A stretch of 64,000 nucleotides of DNA from Rickettsiales bacterium. Its GTDB lineage: Bacteria; Pseudomonadota; Alphaproteobacteria; Rickettsiales; UBA998. Made by a program: the position numbers and the translations under genes. Under the pieces are notes generated by a model. That model had not been told where the DNA came from. It searched no databases and saw nothing but the letters and a program-made list of their open reading frames with translations. The stretch lies in NCBI GenBank assembly GCA_965248995.1, contig CBDFKY010000005.1, positions 172,719 to 236,718 on the forward strand, written 5' to 3'. Below are positions 27,401-35,964 of the stretch, piece by piece. The number at the start of each line of letters is the position of its first letter. Positions within the stretch are counted from its first letter, which is position 1.

Positions 27401-30400
27401 CGGTGACGGCATCACTACCGCTAATATTCACGCGACGCGGGCGGCAGGATCAGACGATCTGGTATTCAGGATTGACGGGGTGAGTGATACGTTGACCATT
27501 AAGAACCAGTTCGCCTCCAGCACGCTGGGACTGGACAGTTTTTATTCACTGAACGAACGCATCGAGTCGTTCCAGTTCGCGGGCGGCACCAGCTGGAACG
27601 CGTCGGATATTCAAACCAGACTGTTGCAGAAAACAGCGGGCAATGACCTGCTGCAGGGCTTTTTCTCGAAAGACGTGCTCGACGGCGGTGCGGGCAACGA
27701 CACGCTGATGGGCGGCGATATGGGCGATACTTATATCTTTGCCAAAGGGTATGGCAACGACGTCATCGACGACCGCATGACCAGTATCCTGTTCAAGGAT
27801 AACGACCGCCTCGCTTTCGGGCCCGGCATCACGAAAACCAATGTGAGCTTTGCGCGGGGAACGGATCAGGATGATCTGGTGGTGACCCTGAACGATACCG
27901 GTGAGGCGGTGACGATTAAAAACCAGTTCGACTACGAACCGTTCGAACCGGAAAGCATTTTCTCCATCAACAACGCTATCGAGGAATTTTATTTTTCGGA
28001 CGGCAGCGCCTATACCTATCAGGATATCTGGAACCTCCTGCTCAAAAGCACACCGGGTGACGATCACCTGATCGGCTTCTTCCGCAACGATACGCTGGAC
28101 GGCGGGGCCGGGAACGATCTGCTCGAAGGTGGTACTATGAGCGATACCTACATTTACGCTACGGGATACGGCAACGACACCATCCGTGATCTCGATTCGG
28201 GTATTACCAGTGACGATAACGACAAGGTGCAGTTCACCAACCTGACGCGTGCGCAAGTCACGTTCGCGGAAGGCGCCGACCGCAACGACCTCGTGGTTAA
28301 AATTATCGCGACGGGTGAAACTTTGACCATTATCGATCAAAACCTGACCTTTAACGTAGGCGGCCCACCTTATCAGATCGAACAGTTCATGTTCAGCGAC
28401 CAGACACTTTCCGCGGCAGAGGTGCGTACCGCCATTACCGCCAGCCAAGGCACGACGGGAAATGACACGATTCACGGCTCTTTCGGCAATGACACGCTGG
28501 ACGGCGGTGCAGGTAACGACCGTCTGGAAGGCGGCGACGGCGCGGATACGTACGTCTTCGGCAAAGGATATGGGCAGGACACGATCTACGATGTCGAGAA
28601 CGAAGTCTTCCTTGCGGGAAATGATCGCATCCTGTTCAACAGTTCGGTCACGCCCGCTGATGTGACGCTGGCACGCAACGCCAATCCGTTCGATCTCGTG
28701 GTAAAGCTCAGTTCCGGCGACAGCATCACCGTGCAGGACCATCATAAGATTTTCAATATTGGTGCGCCTCCTTTTGAAATGGCGACCATCGAGTTTTCCG
28801 ACGGCACGGTATGGAACACCGACATGATCCGCTCCAAGCTTTTGCAAGCCACGGCTGGCAATGACACCATCACGGGGTTTTTCACCAATGATACGCTGAT
28901 CGGCGGCAAGGGGAACGACCTGCTCGACGGTGGCGACGGCAGCGACACCTATATCTACAATACGGGCGACGGTGTGGATACGATCGCGGAACATCTGGCC
29001 AATGTGTTTTATGATACGCCGGATACGCTGCAGTTCGGCGCGGGCATCACGGAGGCAAGCATCAGTCTTTCCAAATCCAGCCTTTCCAGCACCGATCTGA
29101 CGGTAAAGATAAACAATGTCGCTGCAGTGGTGATCAAAGACCAGTTCAGTGATTATAACCATGTGGAACAGATAAAATTCGCCAGCGGCGTGGTGTGGGA
29201 CGATGAGGCGGTTCTTGCCAGACTGACCGGCGGCACGGCAGGGAACGATACGATTTCGGGCAGCACGGTCGTCAACACCATCGCGGGCGGAGCGGGCAAC
29301 GACGTGCTGGAATTCGCCGACACCGCCAACCAGCATTATACGCAGCATCTCCTGGGCGGTACGGGTAATGACACGTATTTTTACGGCAGCGGTTACGGCC
29401 CGACGTTCATCTCCGACAGCGCCGGGTCGGATACGCTGAAATTCAACTCCGGCATCACGCTTTCCAGCCTGACTTACGAACAGAGCCGAAACGACCTGGT
29501 CATCCATGTGGGCACCAGCGCGAATGACAGCATCCGTATCGAAGGGTATTTCGATGCGGGCAACGGCCACAGGGTAGAATCGCTCAACGTCGCGGGTACG
29601 ACGACTTCGCTTAATGCATTGCTCAGCACCAGTACGAACGGGAATGACAATCTGCTTGGCACCGCGGGCGCCGACGTAATGACGGGCGGCCTCGGCAATG
29701 ATACGCTGGACGGCGCCGGGGGACGCGATACGCTGGACGGCGGGCCCGGCAACGACCGCCTGATCGGCGGTGCGCCTTCACTGTACGAAACGGTGAACGA
29801 TGTTTATATCTTCAACATCGGCTACGGCAACGACACCATCTACGACGTGCAGCAGCATCTTTATTATTCGACGATGGATACGATTCAATTGGGTGCAGGC
29901 ATTACGCCGAACGCCGTGACGGTGATGCGTGATGGCGACGACATGGTGCTGCGCATCAGTGCCACGGACACACTTCGGGTGGAAAGCCAATTTGATGTCC
30001 TGGGCTACAACGCCGTGGAAGTGGTGCAATTCGCCGACGGTACCGTCTGGGGGATGCAGGAACTGCGCCAGCACGCGCAGACCGTAACCGACGGCAATGA
30101 TCTGATCGGCACCTATCATAACATCAATGACAGCGTCCATGCCGGTGCGGGTAACGATACGGTGCTCGGCTCCAGCGGTGACGACGCCATTTTCGGAGAT
30201 GCGGGGGATGATTTCATCAATTACCGCTCGGGCCTTTATACGGGATACTGCACGCTGGATGGCGGAGACGGTAACGATACGATCACCGGCTCAGGGAGTA
30301 GCGTCCTGATCTACGGGGGTAACGGCAATGATTCCATCACCGGCGGCATCGGCGACTACGATACGCTGCAAGGCGGCAACGGGAACGATACGCTGGACAA

Positions 30401-31475
30401 TGACAGCGGCTTTTTCGACAAGCTGTACGGCGGCGACGGCAACGACCTGATCCGGGCCGAAATCGGCGCCAGTCTGCGGGCAGGCACCACTGCCTATGCG
30501 AATACGGTCGATGGCGGCCTCGGCAACGATACCGTCAGCTTCCACAACAGCGGAGCGACGTCCCTCGTGGTGAACCTCGCAGCGGGTACGCTTACCGTGA
30601 ACTATGACTATAATACCGAGCATTACACCGTCACCGCCCCGTTTCTCAACGTGGAAAACGTCAGCATCAGTTCCGGCACCGTCACCATGATCGGCTCAGC
30701 TGCCAATAATCAGCTCATCGGCGCATCCGGAAACGATTCCCTGTCTGGCGGCGACGGGAACGACACGCTGCAGGGCGGCATTGGCGTCGACACGATGGAC
30801 GGCGGCAACGGCATCGACCTGGTCGATTACCGTGACCAGAGCGGCAACTGGAACATCAACCTGCTGACCGACAAGGCCGTTTATTCCAGTATCACGGAAA
30901 ATATCACCAACATCGAATCGGCTTTCGGCAGCAAAGGTAATGACACCCTCACCGGAGATGCCGGCGGCAATTTCCTCGGCGGCGCGGACGGCAATGATTT
31001 CTTGGCTGGCGGCGATGGGAACGACACATTGATGGGCGGTGCGGGTCGCGACACTCTAAATGGTGGCAACGGTACCGACATGGCAGATTACGGCGACGCG
31101 ACGGTCGGCTGGAACATCTCGCTCAGCGCCGGCACCGCCGTCTCTGCCGGTGTGACGGAAACACTGACGCTTATCGAATCGGTCAATGGTTCCGTGGGCA
31201 ACGATACCATTACCGGGGATGCGGGGGCGAACCTCTTGCTCGGCAATACGGGCGACGATCTGCTAACCGGCGGCATCGGCCGGGACACGATGACCGGCGG
31301 CGATGGGGCAGACATCTTCATTTTCTCCGCCCTCACCCACAGCCCGGATGCCACACCCGACATCATCACCGACTTCCAGCCGGGCATCGACAAAATCGAT
31401 TTGCGCGGCCTCGGCCTTACCGGGTTCGATACGGACGGCGGACTCACCGAAGCGGGAGAACTGCGCCTCGCTTAA
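24435..31475 (+). CDS. giant RTX protein (2346 aa) with a GH19 chitinase/muramidase-like N-terminal head
   Basis: The head has AKHETQGF...YSDRTDLGNRPGTDDGYTYYGRGFVHLTGRANYEKMG. GGxGxD nonapeptides follow, then the shared module, 8 RTX plus HCBP-related modules and a long nonapeptide block. It ends at an in-frame TAA inside the conserved C-terminus. Confidence 0.85.
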   Translation: MKEKQVTIFETPFIADIGAIYNSGHNDYIKYLFDEMIFQGVTETNQISYVLATAKHETQGFTSLHEKYNGNSAYDYFMAKYSDRTDLGNRPGTDDGYTYYGRGFVHLTGRANYEKMGNQFGVDLLNHPEKAEEPLLAAKIAVYGMLHGSFTGATLSQYINSDKADYLGARAIINGIDQNSLIAGYAKDYDALLESKLPTRTIPYTWDMRTDNATNDLIKGGNANDTLYGGKGDDKLYGGKGDDYLDGGDGIDYLYGGPGKNTLVGGEKGDVIANFGGQDSIYGGAGDDHFGVYGKGTIKDIERDDHVYVDNIQVTGGIKPLGFDVPIALNTKTGHVFQVTGGDILQENGATLNIKFLWDNDAVATIENYTRPYLQQGDGHIEIYQMGHGSSTPLASLLKAYNDAYNNTTNSSNGSSSAGGASAAAPSGASNSANSSAEVYKPTVGTVQLRASVDGAFDTLSGSGALAKWQQYLPTLLGLKDYVLHTIPQTEDFFGNAISTPINIVGMSDTQLLTDIVEEAYGRTLPLTMAQLTAGITSDADASKTLQPIIIAAGNQSVTGNTLDTPYIITGSNATVTDAKGSDTYIVDPGFGSLTIKDSSGGTYTNIIAAAYNQTNVQTDTIRFTHLTADHASITRDGNDLLIREVGTSNLVRVKDDFAHEAGSSLLFSSSADHAVEQIVFADGATKTTIDIRRAVTEAQATDGNDHIIGTVDPDILQGKKGADTLEGGDGGDMYKFNAGDGADLIRDHQQDVFLDSNDSVKFGAGLSLDNAVFTRVDVSASGQATANLEGKGLLIDFGGGDKMVIDSQFDVSTLGYGTFDAYSFVPQAILNNPLSQLASVTQIPPGFDSTGYTNQSGIHIVTNTVTGGYDVTVDDINYHYTTPANPQAGGLVIPAPDDRIETFIFFGDGTALSAEEVQQLMVDRAKTDGNDHIAGFAESETLDGGAGNDTLEGGDDGDTYLFGLGYGQDTVHDSMTNVLMKAPDTVEFGDGITTANIHATRAAGSDDLVFRIDGVSDTLTIKNQFASSTLGLDSFYSLNERIESFQFAGGTSWNASDIQTRLLQKTAGNDLLQGFFSKDVLDGGAGNDTLMGGDMGDTYIFAKGYGNDVIDDRMTSILFKDNDRLAFGPGITKTNVSFARGTDQDDLVVTLNDTGEAVTIKNQFDYEPFEPESIFSINNAIEEFYFSDGSAYTYQDIWNLLLKSTPGDDHLIGFFRNDTLDGGAGNDLLEGGTMSDTYIYATGYGNDTIRDLDSGITSDDNDKVQFTNLTRAQVTFAEGADRNDLVVKIIATGETLTIIDQNLTFNVGGPPYQIEQFMFSDQTLSAAEVRTAITASQGTTGNDTIHGSFGNDTLDGGAGNDRLEGGDGADTYVFGKGYGQDTIYDVENEVFLAGNDRILFNSSVTPADVTLARNANPFDLVVKLSSGDSITVQDHHKIFNIGAPPFEMATIEFSDGTVWNTDMIRSKLLQATAGNDTITGFFTNDTLIGGKGNDLLDGGDGSDTYIYNTGDGVDTIAEHLANVFYDTPDTLQFGAGITEASISLSKSSLSSTDLTVKINNVAAVVIKDQFSDYNHVEQIKFASGVVWDDEAVLARLTGGTAGNDTISGSTVVNTIAGGAGNDVLEFADTANQHYTQHLLGGTGNDTYFYGSGYGPTFISDSAGSDTLKFNSGITLSSLTYEQSRNDLVIHVGTSANDSIRIEGYFDAGNGHRVESLNVAGTTTSLNALLSTSTNGNDNLLGTAGADVMTGGLGNDTLDGAGGRDTLDGGPGNDRLIGGAPSLYETVNDVYIFNIGYGNDTIYDVQQHLYYSTMDTIQLGAGITPNAVTVMRDGDDMVLRISATDTLRVESQFDVLGYNAVEVVQFADGTVWGMQELRQHAQTVTDGNDLIGTYHNINDSVHAGAGNDTVLGSSGDDAIFGDAGDDFINYRSGLYTGYCTLDGGDGNDTITGSGSSVLIYGGNGNDSITGGIGDYDTLQGGNGNDTLDNDSGFFDKLYGGDGNDLIRAEIGASLRAGTTAYANTVDGGLGNDTVSFHNSGATSLVVNLAAGTLTVNYDYNTEHYTVTAPFLNVENVSISSGTVTMIGSAANNQLIGASGNDSLSGGDGNDTLQGGIGVDTMDGGNGIDLVDYRDQSGNWNINLLTDKAVYSSITENITNIESAFGSKGNDTLTGDAGGNFLGGADGNDFLAGGDGNDTLMGGAGRDTLNGGNGTDMADYGDATVGWNISLSAGTAVSAGVTETLTLIESVNGSVGNDTITGDAGANLLLGNTGDDLLTGGIGRDTMTGGDGADIFIFSALTHSPDATPDIITDFQPGIDKIDLRGLGLTGFDTDGGLTEAGELRLA
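25275..26075 (+). repeat. shared module, copy C (inside the giant gene)
   Basis: See copies A and B and the fragment at 18776-19045. Confidence 0.8.
26539..30080 (+). repeat. eight tandem modules of about 130-150 aa (GND..L.G....LDGGAGND.LEGG.G.DTY.F..GYG.D.I.D ... D.L.FG.GI....V...R...DLV......D..TI..QF......IE...FADGT.W)
   Basis: The repeat starts are visible in the translation (TDGNDHIIG, TDGNDHIAG, TAGNDLLQG, TPGDDHLIG, TTGNDTIHG, TAGNDTITG, TAGNDTISG, TNGNDNLLG). This is the RTX plus haemolysin-type calcium-binding-protein-related pattern. Confidence 0.65.
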
Positions 31476-31586
31476 AGCGATGCCACCGACCGTACCTACA
31501 TCCGCACCGACCAGCTCGATTTCGATATCGGTCTGCAGGGAGATTATCGCACTACCCTCACTGCAAGCGATATTCTATGGAGCTAA
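31476..31586 (+). other. in-frame remnant of the RTX C-terminus downstream of the TAA at 31473-31475
   Basis: It continues in the same frame as SDATDRTYIRTDQLDFDIGLQGDYRTTLTASDILWS and then stops. This looks like the usual end of this class of RTX proteins. Confidence 0.6.
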
Positions 31587-31655
31587 GCAAGAAACCCGTC
31601 ATTTGCAATACTGGTCTATCGGTAGTCTGAACCGTTTAAAGCGGCATGATAATGT

Positions 31656-32911
31656 GTGCGGCGCATATGGAGCGGCCTATGTTCGGCCCGTGAAAATGAA
31701 TTGCAAACAAACTGCAGTCCGTGGATAATGCGTGCTTCCGTACAGGCCCATGGATGCAATAGAAACTTTGTGACGATTTCCAGCAAATCCCTCACTGCCG
31801 AGCACAGATCGACTTCTGTGGAGTCTCAGCTTCGCATGATGCTGGAAAGTGTGAAAGACTATTCTATTTTCTGCCCGGACGCCGCGGGCATCATTACGTT
31901 ATGGAACAGCGGAGCGGAACGGCTGTTCGGGTATGCGGAAGCGGAAATTCTGGACCGCCACTGCCGGATTTTATTCACGCCGGAAGATTGTGAACTGGGC
32001 GTTCCCGAAAGGGAATTGAACACCGCCGGCAAAACCGGGTGCGCCACGGACGACCGCTGGCATATGCGCAAGGACGGAAGCCGTTTTTATGCCAACGGCA
32101 TCGTGCATCCCATCCGCGATGAAGCGGGCAGCCTGCAGGGATTCACGAAAATCGCGCATGATGTGACCGCGAAAAAGCTGGAGGATGAAAAGTCGCGTTC
32201 GACCGCAGGCCAGCATGAAGCGCTGATCGCTATCCAGCGCACGGTCATCGAAGCGGGCGGCGATATTCAGAAAGTGAAGGAGGCGGAGTACGGGATACGG
32301 GTATCGGCATCGCGGAAAAGCAGCTGGCGACCGTTTTCGACATATTCGTTCAGGCGGATTCCTCCATCAACCGTAAATACGGCGGCACCGGTCTCGGCCT
32401 CGCTATCACCAAGACGCTCACCGAGATCATGGGCGGCACCATCGCGCTGGACAGCAAAACGGGTGAAGGCTCGACGTTTACGGTGTGCGTCGAATTGCCC
32501 ATAGCTTCACCGGACCCATCGGAAATCAGGGCTCCCGAATACGATATCCAGCCTGCGCATCCCCATGCGCCGGTAATTCTCATTGTGGGAGAGAATGCAT
32601 CGAATGTTGGGGAGCCACTCAATGTCTTGAGAAGTCCGGCATTGCTTACCAGGTTGTCACCAGCGGCGGCGAAGCGCTGGAACGGTTGGAAAAAGGCCAT
32701 CGCTTCGCCGCCGTGTTGATGGACGTTCAGATGCAGGGCATGAACGGGGTGGAAGCGACCAGCGTGACGGACATACGAGAAGCAGCATGGCATGCGGCAC
32801 ATCCCGATTATCGGCATGACGGCGTATGCGGCGACCGGTAATAAGGAACGTTGTATTGCCGCCGGTATGGACGATTACCTCACCCGGCCTTTTAATCCCT
32901 CCGAAGTGTAG
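31656..32911 (+). pseudogene. degraded hybrid sensor histidine kinase / response regulator (PAS ... HATPase remnant ... REC)
   Basis: An intact PAS domain is present (MLESVKDYSIFCPDAAGIITLWNSGAERLFGY...). HisKA and most of the HATPase are missing. The remnants DTGIGIAEKQLATVFDIFVQADSS..GGTGLGLAITKTLTEIMGGTIALDSKTGEGSTF and the receiver segments (LMDVQMQGMNGVEAT; IPIIGMTAYA; AAGMDDYLTRPF) lie in three different frames. Confidence 0.7.
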
Positions 32912-33098
32912 GAAAAACTGGCGTCATTCGATGTCATCACGCCAACGAACATCTAAGGCTGACAGCCGTGGAGCATGTCCGGGCAATGTATGTGCCATGG
33001 ATTTACATGCCGCTTTTATCTGCAGGCCGTTCAGCGATACCTGATTCTGCACTCGATACATCTGGATTTTGTGGATGAAAGGCGATAAGTTCATTTTT

Positions 33099-34130
33099 AT
33101 GTCCGCCCCATCATCCGAATTATCGCAACTTCATTCCCTCTGGCAGCGTGGTCGGGAACTGCTCGGCAGCGAATATGCCATTCTCGGCGGCGCCATGTCC
33201 TGGGTGTCCGAGCGCCATCTGGTAGCGGCGCTTTCCAACGCCGGGGCGTTCGGGGTGATCGCCTGCGGCGCCATGCCTCCTGCCCTGCTGGAGCAGGAAA
33301 TCCGAGCCACCCAGGCGCTTACACGGAAACCTTTCGGCGTGAACCTTATCCTGATGCATCCAGAGCTGGACGCGTTGATCGAGGTATGCAAAGGCTGCGA
33401 CGTATCACACGTGGTGCTGGCAGGCGGCATCCCCAAAGCGGTGACGGTCGATTCCATTAAAACGTTCGCTCGCGTCATCTGCTTTGCCCCTTCCGCCGCC
33501 ATCGGGAAGAAACTCGTAAAAATGGGCGCGGACGCGCTGGTGATCGAGGGTACCGAAGCGGGAGGACATATCGGTCCCGTTTCCACTTCGGTACTGGCGC
33601 AGGAAATCCTGCCCGTCATACGCGACGTACCCGTCATCGTCGCGGGCGGCATCGGACGCGGAGAGGCGATGACCTCCTACCTGCGAATGGGCGCTTCCGG
33701 CGTGCAGCTCGGAACCCGGTTCGTCTGTGCCGAGGAATCGATCGCCCATCCCGCCTTTAAAAAGGCGTTCATTCATGGCAGCGCGCGTGACGCGGTGGCG
33801 TCCGTCCAGGTGGACCCGGATTTTCCCGTCATTCCGGTGCGTGCCCTCGCCAACAAGGCTACCGACGCGTTCACCCGCACGCAGCATGAAGTGATCGCCG
33901 CCTACCGGAGCGGAAGCGTGACCAAGCAGGAAGCCCAACTGCAGATCGAACATTTCTGGGCGGGCGCGTTGCGGCGTGCCGTCATCGACGGGGATGTCGA
34001 GACGGGTTCGCTGATGGCGGGACAGAGTGTCGGTCTGGTGACGCATATCCAGCCGGCAGCGTATATTATCGCGGAACTGATAGCTCAGGCATGCGATTTT
34101 CTTTCTTCTCACACCCAACAGGCGGCCTGA
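33099..34130 (+). CDS. nitronate monooxygenase / FabK-like FMN-dependent oxidoreductase
   Basis: NMO family pattern (ILGGAMSWVS...GAFGVI...EGTEAGGHIG...VIVAGGIGRGEAM). The start is set at the internal ATG. Confidence 0.8.
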   Translation: MSAPSSELSQLHSLWQRGRELLGSEYAILGGAMSWVSERHLVAALSNAGAFGVIACGAMPPALLEQEIRATQALTRKPFGVNLILMHPELDALIEVCKGCDVSHVVLAGGIPKAVTVDSIKTFARVICFAPSAAIGKKLVKMGADALVIEGTEAGGHIGPVSTSVLAQEILPVIRDVPVIVAGGIGRGEAMTSYLRMGASGVQLGTRFVCAEESIAHPAFKKAFIHGSARDAVASVQVDPDFPVIPVRALANKATDAFTRTQHEVIAAYRSGSVTKQEAQLQIEHFWAGALRRAVIDGDVETGSLMAGQSVGLVTHIQPAAYIIAELIAQACDFLSSHTQQAA

Positions 34131-34133
34131 CTT

Positions 34134-34730
34134 ATGAATGCGCCGCAAGTGTCCTCTGACGCCTCCATGGCCGCAAAGCGTGAAGTGGGCGGTATGCTGA
34201 AGGATGCGCGTGAAGGAATGCGGCTCGAACGCGCTCCCATCGCCGGCACCCTACATATTCCTGTCGCTTATCTGGAAGCGCTGGAAAAAGGGGACTGGTC
34301 GGTCATACCGGGAGAAGTATACGGGCGGGGTTACGTCAAAAAATATGCGGGCTACCTGGGGTTCGATCCGCAGAAAATGATGGCTCATCTCCATCCAGCC
34401 CCTCTTATCCGGGAACCGATCCGCACTCCCGTTCTTCGTTCCCATAAACCTCCGTTCAATTTGCGGCCTTTCCTGATCATAGGTGTATTGCTGTTTGCCG
34501 GGGTTGGACTGGCGGCCCTCCTGTCCACTCCTCCTACACCCGCAGTGAAAGAACAGATTAAACCGCTACCCGCGGCACTCACGCAATATCTGGATAACGG
34601 ACCCACCTTCCCTTTTTACCGATCCAGTTGTCTGCAGCAGGCGGATAGCGGGACTTTGTGGGGTTGTTATGCCGAGTTGCGCTATCGCTCCGATGCGCCG
34701 CCGGTGCATCCGCTCGGATACGGGCGATAG
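34134..34730 (+). CDS. RodZ-like helix-turn-helix membrane protein
   Basis: N-terminal HTH with [39 protein letters not shown], then one TM helix. Confidence 0.55.
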   Translation: MNAPQVSSDASMAAKREVGGMLKDAREGMRLERAPIAGTLHIPVAYLEALEKGDWSVIPGEVYGRGYVKKYAGYLGFDPQKMMAHLHPAPLIREPIRTPVLRSHKPPFNLRPFLIIGVLLFAGVGLAALLSTPPTPAVKEQIKPLPAALTQYLDNGPTFPFYRSSCLQQADSGTLWGCYAELRYRSDAPPVHPLGYGR

Positions 34731-34732
34731 CC

Positions 34733-35953
34733 ATGTTGCCGCGCCGGTCGTCCGTTGGGGTGAGAGTGGGAGGCGTCATGGTCGGGGGAAGCGCGCCGAT
34801 CGTGGTGCAGTCCATGACCAATACCGATACCGCCGATATCGCGGGAACAGCGGCTCAGGTTCGCCAGCTCTACGAAGCGGGTTCCGAGATCGTCCGGATT
34901 ACGGTGAATAACGACGCGTCGGCACAGGCGGTGCCGCGGATCGTCGAACAGCTGGACCGCTGGGGACTGGCCGTCCCTCTGGTCGGCGATTTTCATTATA
35001 ACGGCCACCGTCTGCTGGCGGATTATCCGGAAATGGCGCGCAGCCTTGCAAAGTACCGGATCAATCCCGGCAATGTCGGTTTCGGCGAAAAGCATGACGC
35101 GCAATTCGCCGCCATGATCGAGCAGGCCATAACTCATGATAAACCTGTGCGGATCGGCGTGAACTGGGGAAGCCTGAACCAACAGGTTCTCGCCCGCTTG
35201 ATGGATGCGAACGCGGCACTGGCAACCCCGCGGTCGGCGAGCGAGGTGAGTGAGGAGGCCCTGATCGTCTCCGCGATGGAAAGCGCCGAGACGGCGGAAA
35301 AGATCGGATTGCCGCGTAACCGCATCATCCTTTCCTGCAAGGTGAGCGAAGTGCAGCCGTTGATCCGGGTTTACCGCGCACTCGCGGCGCGGGGGGATTA
35401 TGCGCTGCATCTTGGGTTGACCGAAGCGGGAATCGGTTCGAAGGGGATCGTAGCCAGCACGGCGGCGTTGTCGGTATTGTTGCAGGAAGGCATAGGCGAT
35501 ACGATCCGCGCTTCCCTGACTCCCCGCCCAGATGAACCCAGAACGCAGGAAGTGGTAGTGGCGCAGGAGATCCTGCAGACGATGGGAATCCGCTCCTTCA
35601 TGCCGCTCGTCACCGCCTGCCCCGGCTGCGGCCGTACGACGAGCACCACTTTCCAGCAACTCGCCAGCGATATCCAGACATGGCTGCGCTCGCAAATGCC
35701 GATGTGGAAAGAGCGTTACAGCGGCGTGGAAGAGATGAGCGTCGCGGTAATGGGATGCATCGTCAACGGTCCGGGAGAATCCCGCCATGCCAATATCGGC
35801 ATTTCCCTCCCCGGCACCGGCGAAAATCCGGCCGCGCCCGTATTCGAAGACGGCGAAAAAGTCGTCACCTTACGCGGGGATACCATTACCGCCGAATTTA
35901 AAGCACGGGTTGAGGCATATATCGATCGTACTTACGTAATACGGTCATCATAG
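34733..35953 (+). CDS. ispG: 4-hydroxy-3-methylbut-2-en-1-yl diphosphate synthase
   Basis: [19 protein letters not shown]...RINPGN...ACPGCGRT...[10 protein letters not shown]. The start is set at the ATG 2 nt after the preceding stop. Confidence 0.9.
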   Translation: MLPRRSSVGVRVGGVMVGGSAPIVVQSMTNTDTADIAGTAAQVRQLYEAGSEIVRITVNNDASAQAVPRIVEQLDRWGLAVPLVGDFHYNGHRLLADYPEMARSLAKYRINPGNVGFGEKHDAQFAAMIEQAITHDKPVRIGVNWGSLNQQVLARLMDANAALATPRSASEVSEEALIVSAMESAETAEKIGLPRNRIILSCKVSEVQPLIRVYRALAARGDYALHLGLTEAGIGSKGIVASTAALSVLLQEGIGDTIRASLTPRPDEPRTQEVVVAQEILQTMGIRSFMPLVTACPGCGRTTSTTFQQLASDIQTWLRSQMPMWKERYSGVEEMSVAVMGCIVNGPGESRHANIGISLPGTGENPAAPVFEDGEKVVTLRGDTITAEFKARVEAYIDRTYVIRSS

Positions 35954-35964
35954 TCATTGATGCA

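Noticed and set aside
25221-29570. Very long antisense ORFs inside the giant RTX gene (25221-26681, 486 aa; 27546-29570, 674 aa; and several shorter ones).
   Set aside because: They are shadow frames of a GC-rich repetitive gene. The translations are low-complexity (Gly/Asp/Val/Arg-rich mirrors of GGxGxD repeats). The plus strand has unmistakable RTX and GH19 homology.
33405-35788. Antisense ORFs opposite the NMO and ispG genes (33405-34148, 33131-33652, 34682-35788).
   Set aside because: The plus-strand products have clear enzyme signatures. The antisense ORFs are Arg/Gly-rich shadows.
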